DNA from: Syntrophales bacterium | GTDB lineage: Bacteria; Desulfobacterota; Syntrophia; Syntrophales; UBA2210 | Direction: 5' to 3' | DNA: 64,000 nucleotides | NCBI GenBank assembly: GCA_963662405.2 | Contig: CAXXKT010000001.1 | Location: forward strand, 1,568,001 to 1,632,000 | Shown: piece by piece, positions 31,136 to 41,591 of the stretch | Numbering within the stretch: position 1 is the stretch's first letter | Layout: each line of letters opens with the position of its first letter | The notes under the pieces: model-generated | The model's database searches: none | What the model was told of the DNA's origin: nothing | Seen by the model: only the letters and a program-made list of their open reading frames with translations | Translations under genes and position numbers: made by a program

Positions 31136-32440
31136 CTACTTTGAAGATTCGATGTATTCCACGATCTTCTTTGCCAGCGTGTTTACCGTTTCCTCGAACT
31201 TGACCTCGTCTTTCTCCAGGAGCGTCAACCGGAATCCCGGAAGGGCGGTGAAGAATGATGTCAGCGGTACCACGCAGATCCCCGTGGCCCCGAGGAGGTA
31301 GTAAACGAAACGCTTGTCGTTTTCTATATTGGCGTTTGTTATCTCCTCGACGTATGTCTTGATAGGGGCATTCTTGATGCGCAACTTCTGTCGGTCGTTG
31401 AGGACGGCTTCATTGAATACGATCGTCATATAGAAGGCACCATTGGTTCGGTTCACCACGATATAGGGGACATCCTTGAGGATGTTGTACGCCATGTTGG
31501 AGAGTCTCTCGTAGTTCTTGATCCTGGTGTTCAGGTAGTTCTGATATTCGGGATGGTGCATGATCCGCGGTATGGACATCTGCGGCAGCGTCGTGGAACA
31601 GACTTCCGACATCTTCTGCGTCAGGATCGCCCCAATGTAACGCGAAAATATCTCGTCCTTATCGGCGTTATACACCTCGATCCACCCGCACCGCGAACCG
31701 GGCCAGGGGAATTCCTTCGATATCCCCTTCATGCTCATCCCGGGGACGTCACCGATGATGTCCGAGAGGGGGAGGGTCTTGTAGCCGTTGTACAGGATGT
31801 TTCGGTACGTCTCGTCGAAGATAAGGAAGAGGTCGTATTTCCGGGCGATCTCCACGATTCTCTGGAGACTCTCCTCGGGATAGACAAACCCGGTCGGGTT
31901 GTCGGGATTGATGACCAGGACCCCGACGATACTGTCGTGACTCTTCACTTTCCGTTCCAGTTCAGCGAGGTCCGGGTGCCAATTGTGATACGGGTTCATC
32001 CGGTAGGTGTTCGGCGGAAAGGAGGCGTGGTGGATCTCCGCGAGAAGATGAGTCGAGTAGGTCGGCTCCGGCATGATGATCCGGGCGTCGATTCGTATGG
32101 AGCTGTATGCCCTCGCGATGGCGTCGCCGAGACCGTTGAAGAAGATAATATCTTCCTTGGTCATCTGGTACTTTCCCCGTTTGTTGACCTCTTCCGCGAG
32201 GAATGCCCTGGTCTCGTCTATCCCCTTGGTGGGTGAATAGGCGTAGGAGCTGTCGTCGTTGATGATCTCCGTCAGGGTTTCCTTCATCCACTCGGGGATC
32301 TTTTCTCCCTTCACCACCGGATCGCCGATATTTTCCCACGTAACCTCGATGCCGTATTCCTTCAGTTTTTCCGCTATATTAACGATATTCCGTATCTCGT
32401 ACGATATCCCCGTCCCACTTTTTGCAATATCAAATCTCAT
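31136..32440 (-). CDS. PLP-dependent class I aminotransferase (AlaA-like)
   Basis: ENIGDP, INPDNPTG, DETY, GISKEFPWPGSRCGW. Confidence 0.9.
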   Translation of the reverse strand: MRFDIAKSGTGISYEIRNIVNIAEKLKEYGIEVTWENIGDPVVKGEKIPEWMKETLTEIINDDSSYAYSPTKGIDETRAFLAEEVNKRGKYQMTKEDIIFFNGLGDAIARAYSSIRIDARIIMPEPTYSTHLLAEIHHASFPPNTYRMNPYHNWHPDLAELERKVKSHDSIVGVLVINPDNPTGFVYPEESLQRIVEIARKYDLFLIFDETYRNILYNGYKTLPLSDIIGDVPGMSMKGISKEFPWPGSRCGWIEVYNADKDEIFSRYIGAILTQKMSEVCSTTLPQMSIPRIMHHPEYQNYLNTRIKNYERLSNMAYNILKDVPYIVVNRTNGAFYMTIVFNEAVLNDRQKLRIKNAPIKTYVEEITNANIENDKRFVYYLLGATGICVVPLTSFFTALPGFRLTLLEKDEVKFEETVNTLAKKIVEYIESSK

Positions 32441-32754
32441 GGCCGTGTTCTCTCCCGATAATTTATCTATAATCGTAAACCTATAGTATATGTTGCAAAA
32501 TAATTCTACAAAAATCTCCCTGAGTCTGAAATTGCCCCGAAGAAAGGTCGTTTTGTCTGTGTTTGGCTGATATGGACTATTCACATCCGGTCGATTTGCT
32601 GAGTGGGGATCCGAATGTATCGCCGGCAGGGCGCCGTTTCTGTCCCATGATGCCACTCTGCGGCAGAAAGGACAGGATCTCAGCAACCAGGCCGTAATTG
32701 TGGAAGGGGGAACATCCTTGACAGGGCCTTGACCGGAGGGGTATAAGCGTATTT

Positions 32755-32910
32755 TCAATGTACGGGTGGATGTGAGGAAGAGGGGTGCAATTCCCCCGCT
32801 GCCCCGCAGCCGTGAAGGGAGCGAACACCCACATAAGCCACTGTTCCGAGATAATCGGGGCGGGAAGGCGGGTTAGTAGGTCGCCCTGAGCCGGAAGACC
32901 GGTCCGCTCG
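32755..32910 (+). ncRNA. Cobalamin riboswitch
   Basis: AGGAAGAGGGGTGCAATTCCCCCGCTGCCCCGCAGCCGTGA...AGCCACTG...GGGAAGGC...GAGCCGGAAGACC; upstream of btu/cob genes. Confidence 0.92.
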
Positions 32911-33030
32911 CAGATCCTCGAGGGAGGCGTATCGCGAAGTGGTTGTATTTTGTTGTGACCCCGGGAGGTATATCGCCGTTTTGCCCTGTCGCGATGGTGC
33001 CATGTCCTCGTCCTGTTGCAAGGATGTGTC

Positions 33031-34056
33031 ATGGAAAAGTTGGTTGTTACCCCGTCGAGGATAGCCAGGGTCAGTGTGCTTCTGGCCGTTTTTTTTGTGA
33101 TCGTGGGGGGGGGCTCTGTTTTGACGGGTACCGCCGGTGTCGGTGCCGTTCGGGTTATGAATGGTATCGTATCTTGGTGGCGAGACGGTTCTCTTGCACT
33201 CGATCCCTCTGAACGGACCATCCTCTTTGAGATCCGCCTGCAGCGGGTCATCTTTGCCGGGATCGTCGGCGCGGCCCTCTCCACCGCCGGTGTCGTATTC
33301 CAGGCACTCCTCCGGAATCCCCTGGCTGATCCCTATATCCTGGGGGTGTCTGGGGGGGGCGCAGTGGGGGCGATTATCGGTATCCTCATCGGGGCGGGGG
33401 CCGTTCCCTTCGGCATCCCCGCGCTGGCCTTTCTCGGGGCGATCCTGACGGTAGCCCTGGTTTTCATGATCGGAAGCAGGGAAGGGGGCCTCGACTCCAA
33501 CACCCTCCTCCTTGCCGGGGTCATCGTCAACGCCTTCTTTTCGGCCGTTATCATGTTCTTCATGTCCACCAGTTCCAGCGCTGAGCTGCACACCATCACC
33601 TTTTGGCTGATGGGGGACATGGGTATGGCAGATGGCGGGAAGAACATGCTCATGATTTTTCCTCTCGCCGGGGGAGGCGTTCTCGTATATCGCTATGCTC
33701 GGTCTCTGAATCTGATCGTGAGCGGTGAAGAGACCGCCATGCAACTCGGCGTGGATGTGAGGCGCGTAAAGATTATTTTGTTTGTCGTTGCCTCATTGAT
33801 TACCGCTGTCGCCGTCTCGTTTGCCGGGATGATCGGATTCGTCGGTCTCGTGATCCCCCACATGATGAGGATGGTGCTGGGGACGGATCACCGGCTCCTG
33901 CTCCCGGCGTCCTTGCTCTTCGGGGCGTCGTTCATGGTGATTGCCGATACGGTGGCACGGGTGATATTTGCCGGCATGGAACTGCCGGTCGGCGTGATTA
34001 CCGCCCTGTGCGGGGCACCCTACTTTGTCGTTCTCCTGAGAAAGAGGAGGCTATAA
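33031..34056 (+). CDS. btuC: Cobalamin ABC permease (FecCD family)
   Basis: EIRLQR, RNPLADPYILGVSGG, GMIGFVGLVIPH; riboswitch context. Confidence 0.88.
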   Translation: MEKLVVTPSRIARVSVLLAVFFVIVGGGSVLTGTAGVGAVRVMNGIVSWWRDGSLALDPSERTILFEIRLQRVIFAGIVGAALSTAGVVFQALLRNPLADPYILGVSGGGAVGAIIGILIGAGAVPFGIPALAFLGAILTVALVFMIGSREGGLDSNTLLLAGVIVNAFFSAVIMFFMSTSSSAELHTITFWLMGDMGMADGGKNMLMIFPLAGGGVLVYRYARSLNLIVSGEETAMQLGVDVRRVKIILFVVASLITAVAVSFAGMIGFVGLVIPHMMRMVLGTDHRLLLPASLLFGASFMVIADTVARVIFAGMELPVGVITALCGAPYFVVLLRKRRL

Positions 34057-34058
34057 CC

Positions 34059-34904
34059 GTGTCAATTATCACCGTGACGGATGTCGATTTCCGGTACAAT
34101 GATATCCTGGCATTGCAGGCTGTCTCCTTCGATGTTCGCCGGGGGGAGTTTCTCGGGGTCATCGGTCCCAACGGTTCCGGAAAGACTACCCTCATCCGGG
34201 TGCTCGACGGCATCCTTGCGCCGGAGAGGGGTGTGGTCAGCGTGCACGACACTGCGATCCGGGGGATGAAGCGGAGAGATATTGCCCGGGTGATCGCTGT
34301 TGTCCCTCAGGAGTCCCCCATGGTTTTCCCCTTCAGGGTCATCGAGGTCGTCATGATGGGACGATCGCCGCACCTGGGGATGCTCCGATTTGAGGGGGAA
34401 AGCGACCTCCGGATCGTCGAGAAGGCGATGGAGATGACGGATACGACTCCCCTGGCGGATCGCAGCATGAACGGCCTGAGCGGCGGGGAACGACAGCGGG
34501 TCCTGATAGCGAGAGCCCTGGCACAGGAGCCGGAGGTAATCCTCCTCGATGAGCCGACCGCCTTCCTGGATATACGGCATCAGGTGGAATTGTTTGATCT
34601 CATGAAGGCCCTCAACAGAGAGCGGGAACTGACCGTTCTCGCCGTTACCCACGATATAAATCTTGCGGCATCATATTGTGACCGGGTTCTTTTGTTAAAA
34701 GAAGGAAATATCCACCGGATGGGGACGCCGGGAGAGGTCGTCACGGAGACGAACATCAGAACGGTATATGAGACCGATGTCCTTGTCGATGCCAATCCGT
34801 TAAGCGGGCTGCCGCGCGTGACGCTCGTAGGCCCGGACCTGTCGCACGAGGAAAGGATCGTATCTCGAGGGACACGGCAGGTCTCTATGGAACGGAACCG
34901 ATAG
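34059..34904 (+). CDS. btuD: Cobalamin ABC ATPase
   Basis: GPNGSGKTT, LSGGERQR, LLDEPT. Confidence 0.88.
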   Translation: MSIITVTDVDFRYNDILALQAVSFDVRRGEFLGVIGPNGSGKTTLIRVLDGILAPERGVVSVHDTAIRGMKRRDIARVIAVVPQESPMVFPFRVIEVVMMGRSPHLGMLRFEGESDLRIVEKAMEMTDTTPLADRSMNGLSGGERQRVLIARALAQEPEVILLDEPTAFLDIRHQVELFDLMKALNRERELTVLAVTHDINLAASYCDRVLLLKEGNIHRMGTPGEVVTETNIRTVYETDVLVDANPLSGLPRVTLVGPDLSHEERIVSRGTRQVSMERNR

Positions 34905-35863
34905 TGACCGTTATGCATACAGGTGAAGGATATCTCTCCGGTGAGCTCCAAGAACGTTTTGCGGCGGCCGTCGCCCGGAACCGGGGTGGGGGACTGCTCT
35001 TCTCCGGCGGTCTGGACTCGGTCCTGGTAGGTGCCTGTGCGGGGACCTGCACGGCCGTCTCCGTACACCTTGCCTCATACGGAGGGGATCGATGGTATGC
35101 GGAAAGAGGGGCGACCTTTTTGGGACTGGACCACCACCCGGTGACCGTTACGGTGGAGGAGGCCCTCTCGGTCGTACCGGAAGTTGTCGGGATCATGAAG
35201 AGTTTCGATCCGGTCATCCCCAACGATATCACCGTCTACCTCGGGCTCCGGCGGGCGAAGGGCATGGGGATCGCGAAGGTAATGACGGGGGACGGGAGTG
35301 ACGAACTCTTTGCGGGGTACGATTTTATGCAGAAGATACCGGATTTGACGGGGTATATGACTCGGATGCACGCCGCCATGCGTTTCAGCTCCAACACCCT
35401 TGGAGATTCTCTCGGAATCGTGATACGGCAGCCGTTTCTGGATGCGGAGTTTTTCGAATTCAGCCGGGAAATCGGACTTGATCTGAAGATCAGGGATGAA
35501 GGGGGAAAACGATGGGGGAAATGGATCCTCCGCAAGGCCTTTGCCGGTGTGCTCCCGCCGGAGATCCTCTGGCAGACCAAGAGACCCCTCGAATACGGTT
35601 CCGGCATGACACGACTGCGGGGGATCATCGAAAAGCGGGTGACGGATGAGGAGTTTGAGGAGGGGAAGCGTGCCTTTCCCGTCCGATTCTGGAACAAGCA
35701 GCATTATTACTATTACCGTCTCTACCGGGAGGTGGTGGGGAAGATCCCGCCCCCCGAAGATAATGAGAAAGAATGTGACTGCTGCGGAGCGGGAATGCCC
35801 CGAGGGGCTTTTCACTGCAGGGTCTGTGGAGATGTTGTTGCATGGAACGAACGGAAGAGCTAA
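34904..35863 (+). CDS. Asparagine synthase C-terminal-domain protein (no glutaminase domain) with C-terminal Zn ribbon
   Basis: LFSGGLDS PP-loop, TGDGSDELFAGY, PFLD, KWILRKAF; CDCCG...CRVCG. Confidence 0.82.
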   Translation: MTVMHTGEGYLSGELQERFAAAVARNRGGGLLFSGGLDSVLVGACAGTCTAVSVHLASYGGDRWYAERGATFLGLDHHPVTVTVEEALSVVPEVVGIMKSFDPVIPNDITVYLGLRRAKGMGIAKVMTGDGSDELFAGYDFMQKIPDLTGYMTRMHAAMRFSSNTLGDSLGIVIRQPFLDAEFFEFSREIGLDLKIRDEGGKRWGKWILRKAFAGVLPPEILWQTKRPLEYGSGMTRLRGIIEKRVTDEEFEEGKRAFPVRFWNKQHYYYYRLYREVVGKIPPPEDNEKECDCCGAGMPRGAFHCRVCGDVVAWNERKS

Positions 35864-36567
35864 AGGCCTTTGTCTCATGGAGCGGTGGCAAGGACGCCGC
35901 TCTGTCCTGCTGGCGGGCGCTGAAAGAGGGATACCGGATTACCCACCTCTTGAACATGATCGACGAGGATGGTCACCATTCACGATCACACCATCTCAGG
36001 GCTGAAATCCTGAGATTGCAGGGAGAGGCGATGGGGGTCCCGGTTGTTCAGGTCCCCAGCTCGTGGGAGACATATGAAGAGAGATTTAAGAGCGCCCTTG
36101 CCGACCTCAAACAGACAGGGGTGAAGGCGGGGGTCTTCGGTGATATCGACCTGGAAGAACACCGGCAGTGGGTTGAACGGGTCAGCAAAGAATCGGGAGT
36201 GGATGCCCTCCTGCCGCTCTGGGGGGAATCGACGCGGGAGGACCTGCTGGAGGAACTGATCGCTGCGGGTTTTGAAGCGGTTGTCGTCGCGGTCAGGAGG
36301 GATCTTGTGGGACCGGAGTGGCTGGGGCGGCGGATAGATCAGGACTTTATCCACGATATCAAGGGGGTAAAGGGCGTCGATATCTGTGGTGAAGGAGGGG
36401 AATACCATACCGTTATCCTGTCGGCCCCCTTTTTCAAAGGGAGGATCAGTATCGAAGAAACTGAGACACTGTTTCATGAAGACAACATCTTCCTTGAGAT
36501 CACGCGGTGTGCCTTGGCAGGAGGGGAAGAGGCACCGACAGGGCGCCCAGTACAACGAGCGGGGTGA
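35842..36567 (+). CDS. Diphthine-ammonia ligase (Dph6/MJ0570)-family PP-loop ATPase
   Basis: SWSGGKDA, VFGDIDL, PLW, DICGEGGEYHT. Confidence 0.85.
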   Translation: MERTEELKAFVSWSGGKDAALSCWRALKEGYRITHLLNMIDEDGHHSRSHHLRAEILRLQGEAMGVPVVQVPSSWETYEERFKSALADLKQTGVKAGVFGDIDLEEHRQWVERVSKESGVDALLPLWGESTREDLLEELIAAGFEAVVVAVRRDLVGPEWLGRRIDQDFIHDIKGVKGVDICGEGGEYHTVILSAPFFKGRISIEETETLFHEDNIFLEITRCALAGGEEAPTGRPVQRAG

Positions 36568-36571
36568 TGAC

Positions 36572-37087
36572 ATGATGGTATTTGTAACGGGCGGTGCACG
36601 GAGCGGAAAGAGTACCTTCGCCCAGAATCTCGGAGAATCACGTCCGGGGAGAAGGCTCTTTATCGCGACCGCCGAGGCCTTTGACGAAGAGATGGAACGA
36701 AGGATCAAAATACACCGCGAACAGCGGGGGGACCGGTGGGACACCTGTGAAGAGGCGATCGATCTGGGCGGTGTTATCGGATCGGCCCGAGGAGAATATG
36801 AGACCATCCTGATCGATTGTCTGACCGTCTGGATGTCCAACCTGATGCACCGATATGAAGGAAGGGATAAAGAAATGTCGCGTATGACCGATGCCTTCTT
36901 TCAAGCGCTGGATCCGTTTCCGGGGGTCGCGATCGTGGTTTCCAATGAGGTCGGAATGGGAATTGTTCCGGACAATAGGCTTGCGCGGGAATACCGGGAT
37001 CTCCTCGGCTTTCTCAACCAGCGGGCCGCGCGAATCGCGGACGAGGTATACCTCCTCTGTTCCGGGATACCCGTGAAGGTCAAATAA
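36572..37087 (+). CDS. cobU: Adenosylcobinamide kinase/phosphate guanylyltransferase
   Basis: GGARSGKS, IATA, LIDCLTVW, VSNEVGMG. Confidence 0.95.
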   Translation: MMVFVTGGARSGKSTFAQNLGESRPGRRLFIATAEAFDEEMERRIKIHREQRGDRWDTCEEAIDLGGVIGSARGEYETILIDCLTVWMSNLMHRYEGRDKEMSRMTDAFFQALDPFPGVAIVVSNEVGMGIVPDNRLAREYRDLLGFLNQRAARIADEVYLLCSGIPVKVK

Positions 37088-37102
37088 TAGACAGGAGAAA
37101 CG

Positions 37103-38161
37103 ATGCGAAGATTGCAGTCTGTCCTGAACCGTATCCGCCCTCTGGACGAAAGATTCCTGGAACGGGCGCAGCAAAAGATCGACAGCCTCACCAAGCCGCG
37201 GGGGTCTCTCGGCAGGCTGGAAGAGTGTGCCCGGCGGTACGCGGCCATCAGGGAGGATCTGGCCCCTGCCGTTAACAGAAAAGTAATCTTCACCTTTGCC
37301 GGTGATCACGGGATTGTCGAGGAGGGGGTGAGTGCCTATCCGGGGCAGGTGACCGTCCAGATGGTCTTGAACATGCTTGCCGGTGGCGCCGGCGTCAATG
37401 CCCTCGCCCGTCATGTAGGGGCGGAGGTTGTCGTCGTGGATATCGGTGTCAATCATGACTTTGTCCCGCCCGGGAATTTGATCGTCAGGAAGGTGGGATA
37501 CGGCACGCGGAACTTTACAAAGGGACCCGCCATGACCCGTGACGAGGCCCTCCGTTCGATCCGGGTCGGTATCGATCTGGCCGATGAATATGCGAAGAAA
37601 GGGATGGATATCGCGGGGACAGGGGAGATGGGGATCGGGAACACGACCCCTTCCAGTGCCATCCTGGCCGTGTTGGGGGGGATCGAACCCGAGGCAGTGA
37701 CGGGGCGGGGAACCGGGATCGATGATCGAACACTCGGGGTGAAGACGAGCGTTATCGAAAGGGCCATCGCCGTCAACCGTCCTGACCCCGGAGATCCCCT
37801 CGATGTCCTTGCCCGGGTGGGCGGTTTTGAGATCGGGGGAATAACGGGGCTGATTATCGGTTGTGCCGCCCGTCGGATACCGGTGGTGGTGGACGGTTTC
37901 ATATCGACGGCGGGTGCCCTGATAGCCACGCGGATGAGCCCGGTAATCAACGAATACCTGTTTTACTCGCATCTCTCCGCCGAGGCGGGACACCGCCAGA
38001 TGCTCGAAGCGATAGGGGGGCGACCGATTCTGGATCTCGGTATGAAGCTGGGGGAGGGAACGGGGGCGGCGCTGGCGATGTCGGTTATCGAGGCATCGGT
38101 AAAGGTCATGAATGAGATGGCTACCTTTGCGTCGGCAGGCGTGGATACGGAGACGGTATAG
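37103..38161 (+). CDS. cobT: Nicotinate-nucleotide-DMB phosphoribosyltransferase
   Basis: [34 protein letters not shown]. Confidence 0.96.
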   Translation: MRRLQSVLNRIRPLDERFLERAQQKIDSLTKPRGSLGRLEECARRYAAIREDLAPAVNRKVIFTFAGDHGIVEEGVSAYPGQVTVQMVLNMLAGGAGVNALARHVGAEVVVVDIGVNHDFVPPGNLIVRKVGYGTRNFTKGPAMTRDEALRSIRVGIDLADEYAKKGMDIAGTGEMGIGNTTPSSAILAVLGGIEPEAVTGRGTGIDDRTLGVKTSVIERAIAVNRPDPGDPLDVLARVGGFEIGGITGLIIGCAARRIPVVVDGFISTAGALIATRMSPVINEYLFYSHLSAEAGHRQMLEAIGGRPILDLGMKLGEGTGAALAMSVIEASVKVMNEMATFASAGVDTETV

Positions 38162-38180
38162 CGATGGAAGGGACGACGAG

Positions 38181-38925
38181 ATGATTCAGCGATTCCTGAC
38201 CGCACTGCGGTTTCTGACGATCATACCGGTGCCGGGGGGACAAATCCTCAGTGATGAGGATATGGGGAGGTCGATGGCCCTGTTCCCCCTGATCGGTCTC
38301 CTGATCGGTCTGTTCCTGGCGGGGGGCAGGTATGTCCTGGGGATGATTTTCCCCGCCCCCCTGGCGGATATCCTCGTGATCGCCGTCCTGGTGGTGGTGA
38401 CCGGAGCCCTGCACCTGGACGGTGTTGCCGATACGATCGATGGTCTGGCGGGCGGAACGGACCGGGAACGGACCCTTGCCATTATGAGGGACAGCCGAAT
38501 CGGTTCATTCGGAGTCGTGGGGCTGGTGATCATCCTCATGCTGAAGGTGGTGGCCCTGATAGAGATCCCCGATGGGATGAAGGGAAGGGCCCTCATGCTC
38601 ATGCCTGTCTTGGGGAGGTGGTCGGCGGTTCAACTGGCTGCGTGGCTCGATTATGCCAGGATGGGAGAGGGAACGGGTCGTGCCTTTGCCCGATCCACGG
38701 GGAGAGGGGAATCCATCATCTCCACCGGCATCGCTGCCAGTGATCGCTGCGGGGATCTTCGGTATGGAGGGTATGGTTATGTTTCTTGGCATCGCCGTAC
38801 TGACTCTGTGCCTCGGATTGTTTTTCAGGAGGCGGATCGGCGGGGTGACCGGGGATGTTATGGGCGCGGCTTGTGAGATGAACGAGGTTGCCGTTTTGAT
38901 ACTGATATGTGCGTTCTTTATGTAA
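38181..38925 (+). CDS. cobS: Cobalamin synthase (apparent +1 frameshift at ~38737)
   Basis: TGALHLDGVADTIDG, IMRDSRIG; C-terminus GGVTGDVMGA in the shifted frame. Confidence 0.92.
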
Positions 38926-38953
38926 AGGACCATAAACCTGACGGGAGTGGATT

Positions 38954-39571
38954 GTGGAAACACCGACACGGATGTACCTGATACGGCACGGCCAGGTAAT
39001 GAATTATGAGAAATGTGCCTACAATGGCCACCGCGATGTGGATATCACCGAGCATGGCGTCCGGCAGATGGAAGCGGTGGCGGAGAGACTCAGGGGTAAA
39101 CCCCTGGCGGGGATTTACTGCAGCGATCTGATCAGGGCACGAAGGGGAGCCGATATCATTGCGGCTCCCCACGGCCTGACCCCCCGATCCCTTCCCGCCC
39201 TGCGGGAACTGGATGTCAAGCTGTGGGAGGGCCTGAATGCGGATGGTGTGGAGGAAAGGTTCCCGGGGGCCTTTGACGCCTGGATGAAACAGGGAATCGA
39301 CTACCGCATCCCCGGAGGAGAACGCGTCCGGGATCTGGTGAACAGGGTGATTCCTGCTCACCGGGAAATTTTGAATACACACAGGAGAGAGTCCGTTGTC
39401 CTGGTGGTACATGGAGGGGTCAATCGGGTGATCCTGGCGGATGCCCTGGGGGCCGGGTTCGATCGTCTCTATTCGATCGAGCAGGATTACGGTTGTATGA
39501 ACATTATCGATTATTTTGCCGACTATGCGGTCGTCAAGCTCGTCAACAAACGACTGCTCGACGGAGAGTGA
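38954..39571 (+). CDS. cobC: Alpha-ribazole phosphatase (histidine phosphatase)
   Basis: LIRHG, SDLIRA, LRE, VHGGV; cob operon context. Confidence 0.85.
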   Translation: METPTRMYLIRHGQVMNYEKCAYNGHRDVDITEHGVRQMEAVAERLRGKPLAGIYCSDLIRARRGADIIAAPHGLTPRSLPALRELDVKLWEGLNADGVEERFPGAFDAWMKQGIDYRIPGGERVRDLVNRVIPAHREILNTHRRESVVLVVHGGVNRVILADALGAGFDRLYSIEQDYGCMNIIDYFADYAVVKLVNKRLLDGE

Positions 39572-39577
39572 GGAAGA

Positions 39578-40493
39578 GTGCTTATCCGTACATCGCTCCG
39601 ATATCCGGGCCTCCTTTCGATGCTGCTCCTTGCGATCTTCTCGTTTCTGCGGGAGGCCGACGCCGTTCTGTACACCGACGAGGTGGGAAGGGATGTTGCC
39701 GTTTCTTCCCCCCCCCGACGGATCGTTTCTCTCGCCCCCAGCATCACCGAGACCCTCTTTGCCCTCGGCCTGGATCGGGAGATCGTCGGGGTGACCAGGC
39801 TGAGCGACTACCCAGAGGCGGCTCGATCGAAACCGCGGGTGGGTACTTTCATCAACATCTCTCTCGAACGGGTTGTTTCTCTGAACCCCGATCTGGTGAT
39901 CGGGACTGCCGATGGAAACCGGAAGGAGACGGTCTTACAACTGGAACGGGTCGGTATCCCCGTCTATGTCGTCAACCCGAAGAGCTGTGAAGAGATATTC
40001 CATACGATTCTGGATATCGGCAAGATAACGGGGCGGGAGAAAAGGGCGGAGGAACTCGTCACCGATCTGCGGGGAAGGATCGATCAGATTGCCTCGTCCT
40101 TGGAGGGCCTGAAAAGGCCCCGTGTCTTTCTTCAAATAGGGGTCAGTCCGATTATTACCGTCGGGAGCGGTACCCTCCATAATGAGCTGATACTCCGTGC
40201 CGGCGGGGGGAATGTCTACGATGGAGTAGCGGTGTCTTACCCTCGGTGTGGGATTGAGGATGTCATTGCCAGAAAGCCGGACATTATTATCCTTTCGTCC
40301 ATGAAGGAGGGGGGGAGATTTTCTCGAGGTCAGGGACGAGTGGAAGAGATGGAAGACTATCCCCGCAGTCAGCCATGAGAGGATTTACATTATCGATACG
40401 GACCTGATCGATCACGCATCACCCCGGATCGTCGACGGGTTGGAGAGGATGGCCGAGCTTATCCACCCGGAAGTCACCTGGAAGAAACGGTAG
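39578..40493 (+). CDS. btuF: Cobalamin-binding periplasmic protein (apparent +1 frameshift in G7 at 40309-40315)
   Basis: RIVSLAPSITETLFALG; shifted frame continues IPAV...SPRIVDGLE to TAG at 40493. Confidence 0.88.
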
Positions 40494-40508
40494 AAAGGAT
40501 CTCTTATT

Positions 40509-41135
40509 ATGTTAGATTACTTTTATCAGGGAGGACCGGTTATGTACCCGCTCCTCGTCTGCTCCCTCGTATCCCTCACGATTGTTATAGAGAGGACCAT
40601 CTTCTGGATACGGGAGAAGCGGCGGCGTGATACAGAAATCCTGGACCGCTTTATGTCTTTTCTTGAGAGGGGGGAACTGGAAGCGGCGAAGACCCTGGTG
40701 ATGGACTGTCACGATCCCGTTGTCCGGGTTTTGGTATGTGGTATTGTCCACCGTGAGTTTTCACTCAGAGACGCCCTTCGGATGAGTGCCGATCAGGAGA
40801 TGGCGCGGATGAGACGATATCTTCCTATTCTCGACACGATGATAACCCTCGCCCCCCTGCTTGGTATCCTGGGAACCGTTACGGGGATCATATATTCTTT
40901 CAATATGCTCGGGACCGTGGGTGTAGAGAATCCGATGATAATAACGGCGGGAATCGGTCAGGCCCTCCTCACCACCGCTTTCGGCCTGACGATAGCGATC
41001 TTCAGTCTCATTCCGTACAATTATTTTCAGTCCAGGGTTGAGAAGACCGCGCAGGATATGGAGAAATACGGAACGACTCTTGAGATTCTCTTTGAAAGGA
41101 TTCAAAAAACGGAAAACGGCAAGCCTGGTCGGTAA
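40509..41135 (+). CDS. exbB: MotA/TolQ/ExbB proton channel
   Basis: GGPVMYPL, APLLGILGTVTGII, ALLTTAFGL. Confidence 0.9.
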   Translation: MLDYFYQGGPVMYPLLVCSLVSLTIVIERTIFWIREKRRRDTEILDRFMSFLERGELEAAKTLVMDCHDPVVRVLVCGIVHREFSLRDALRMSADQEMARMRRYLPILDTMITLAPLLGILGTVTGIIYSFNMLGTVGVENPMIITAGIGQALLTTAFGLTIAIFSLIPYNYFQSRVEKTAQDMEKYGTTLEILFERIQKTENGKPGR

Positions 41136-41141
41136 GTCCTT

Positions 41142-41591
41142 ATGAAGATTACACGAAAAGAGAATGGTCGGGCGCGGATCGAGATGGTACCACTCATTGA
41201 TGTGGTTTTTCTCCTCCTTGTGGCGTTCATATTTTTTGCCATGTCGATGACCGTATACCGGGGAATCCCCGTCGATCTGCCGGTCTCAGCGGCCTCCCTT
41301 GTTGAAGGTGAGGACTTTTTAGAGATCACGGTAAAGAACGATGGAATGGCGTATTTCAATGGGGAAGGGGTCGACCTCCAGGGCCTTCGATTGAGACTTG
41401 CCCGCCTCCACCGTGCATCTCCGGAGATACGGATTGTTGTCGCGGGCGACCGGGAGGCACCGTACGTATCGATCATATCGGTGATCGATGTGGTCAAAAG
41501 GGCCGGCATCACCGGGTTATCGTTGCGGACGGGGTTTCCCGATGAGGAACCGGACATGGTGTCGAGACAGACCGGGCGAGTCCGAGAATGA
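41142..41591 (+). CDS. exbD: ExbD/TolR
   Basis: IEMVPLIDVVFLLLVAF. Confidence 0.9.
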   Translation: MKITRKENGRARIEMVPLIDVVFLLLVAFIFFAMSMTVYRGIPVDLPVSAASLVEGEDFLEITVKNDGMAYFNGEGVDLQGLRLRLARLHRASPEIRIVVAGDREAPYVSIISVIDVVKRAGITGLSLRTGFPDEEPDMVSRQTGRVRE

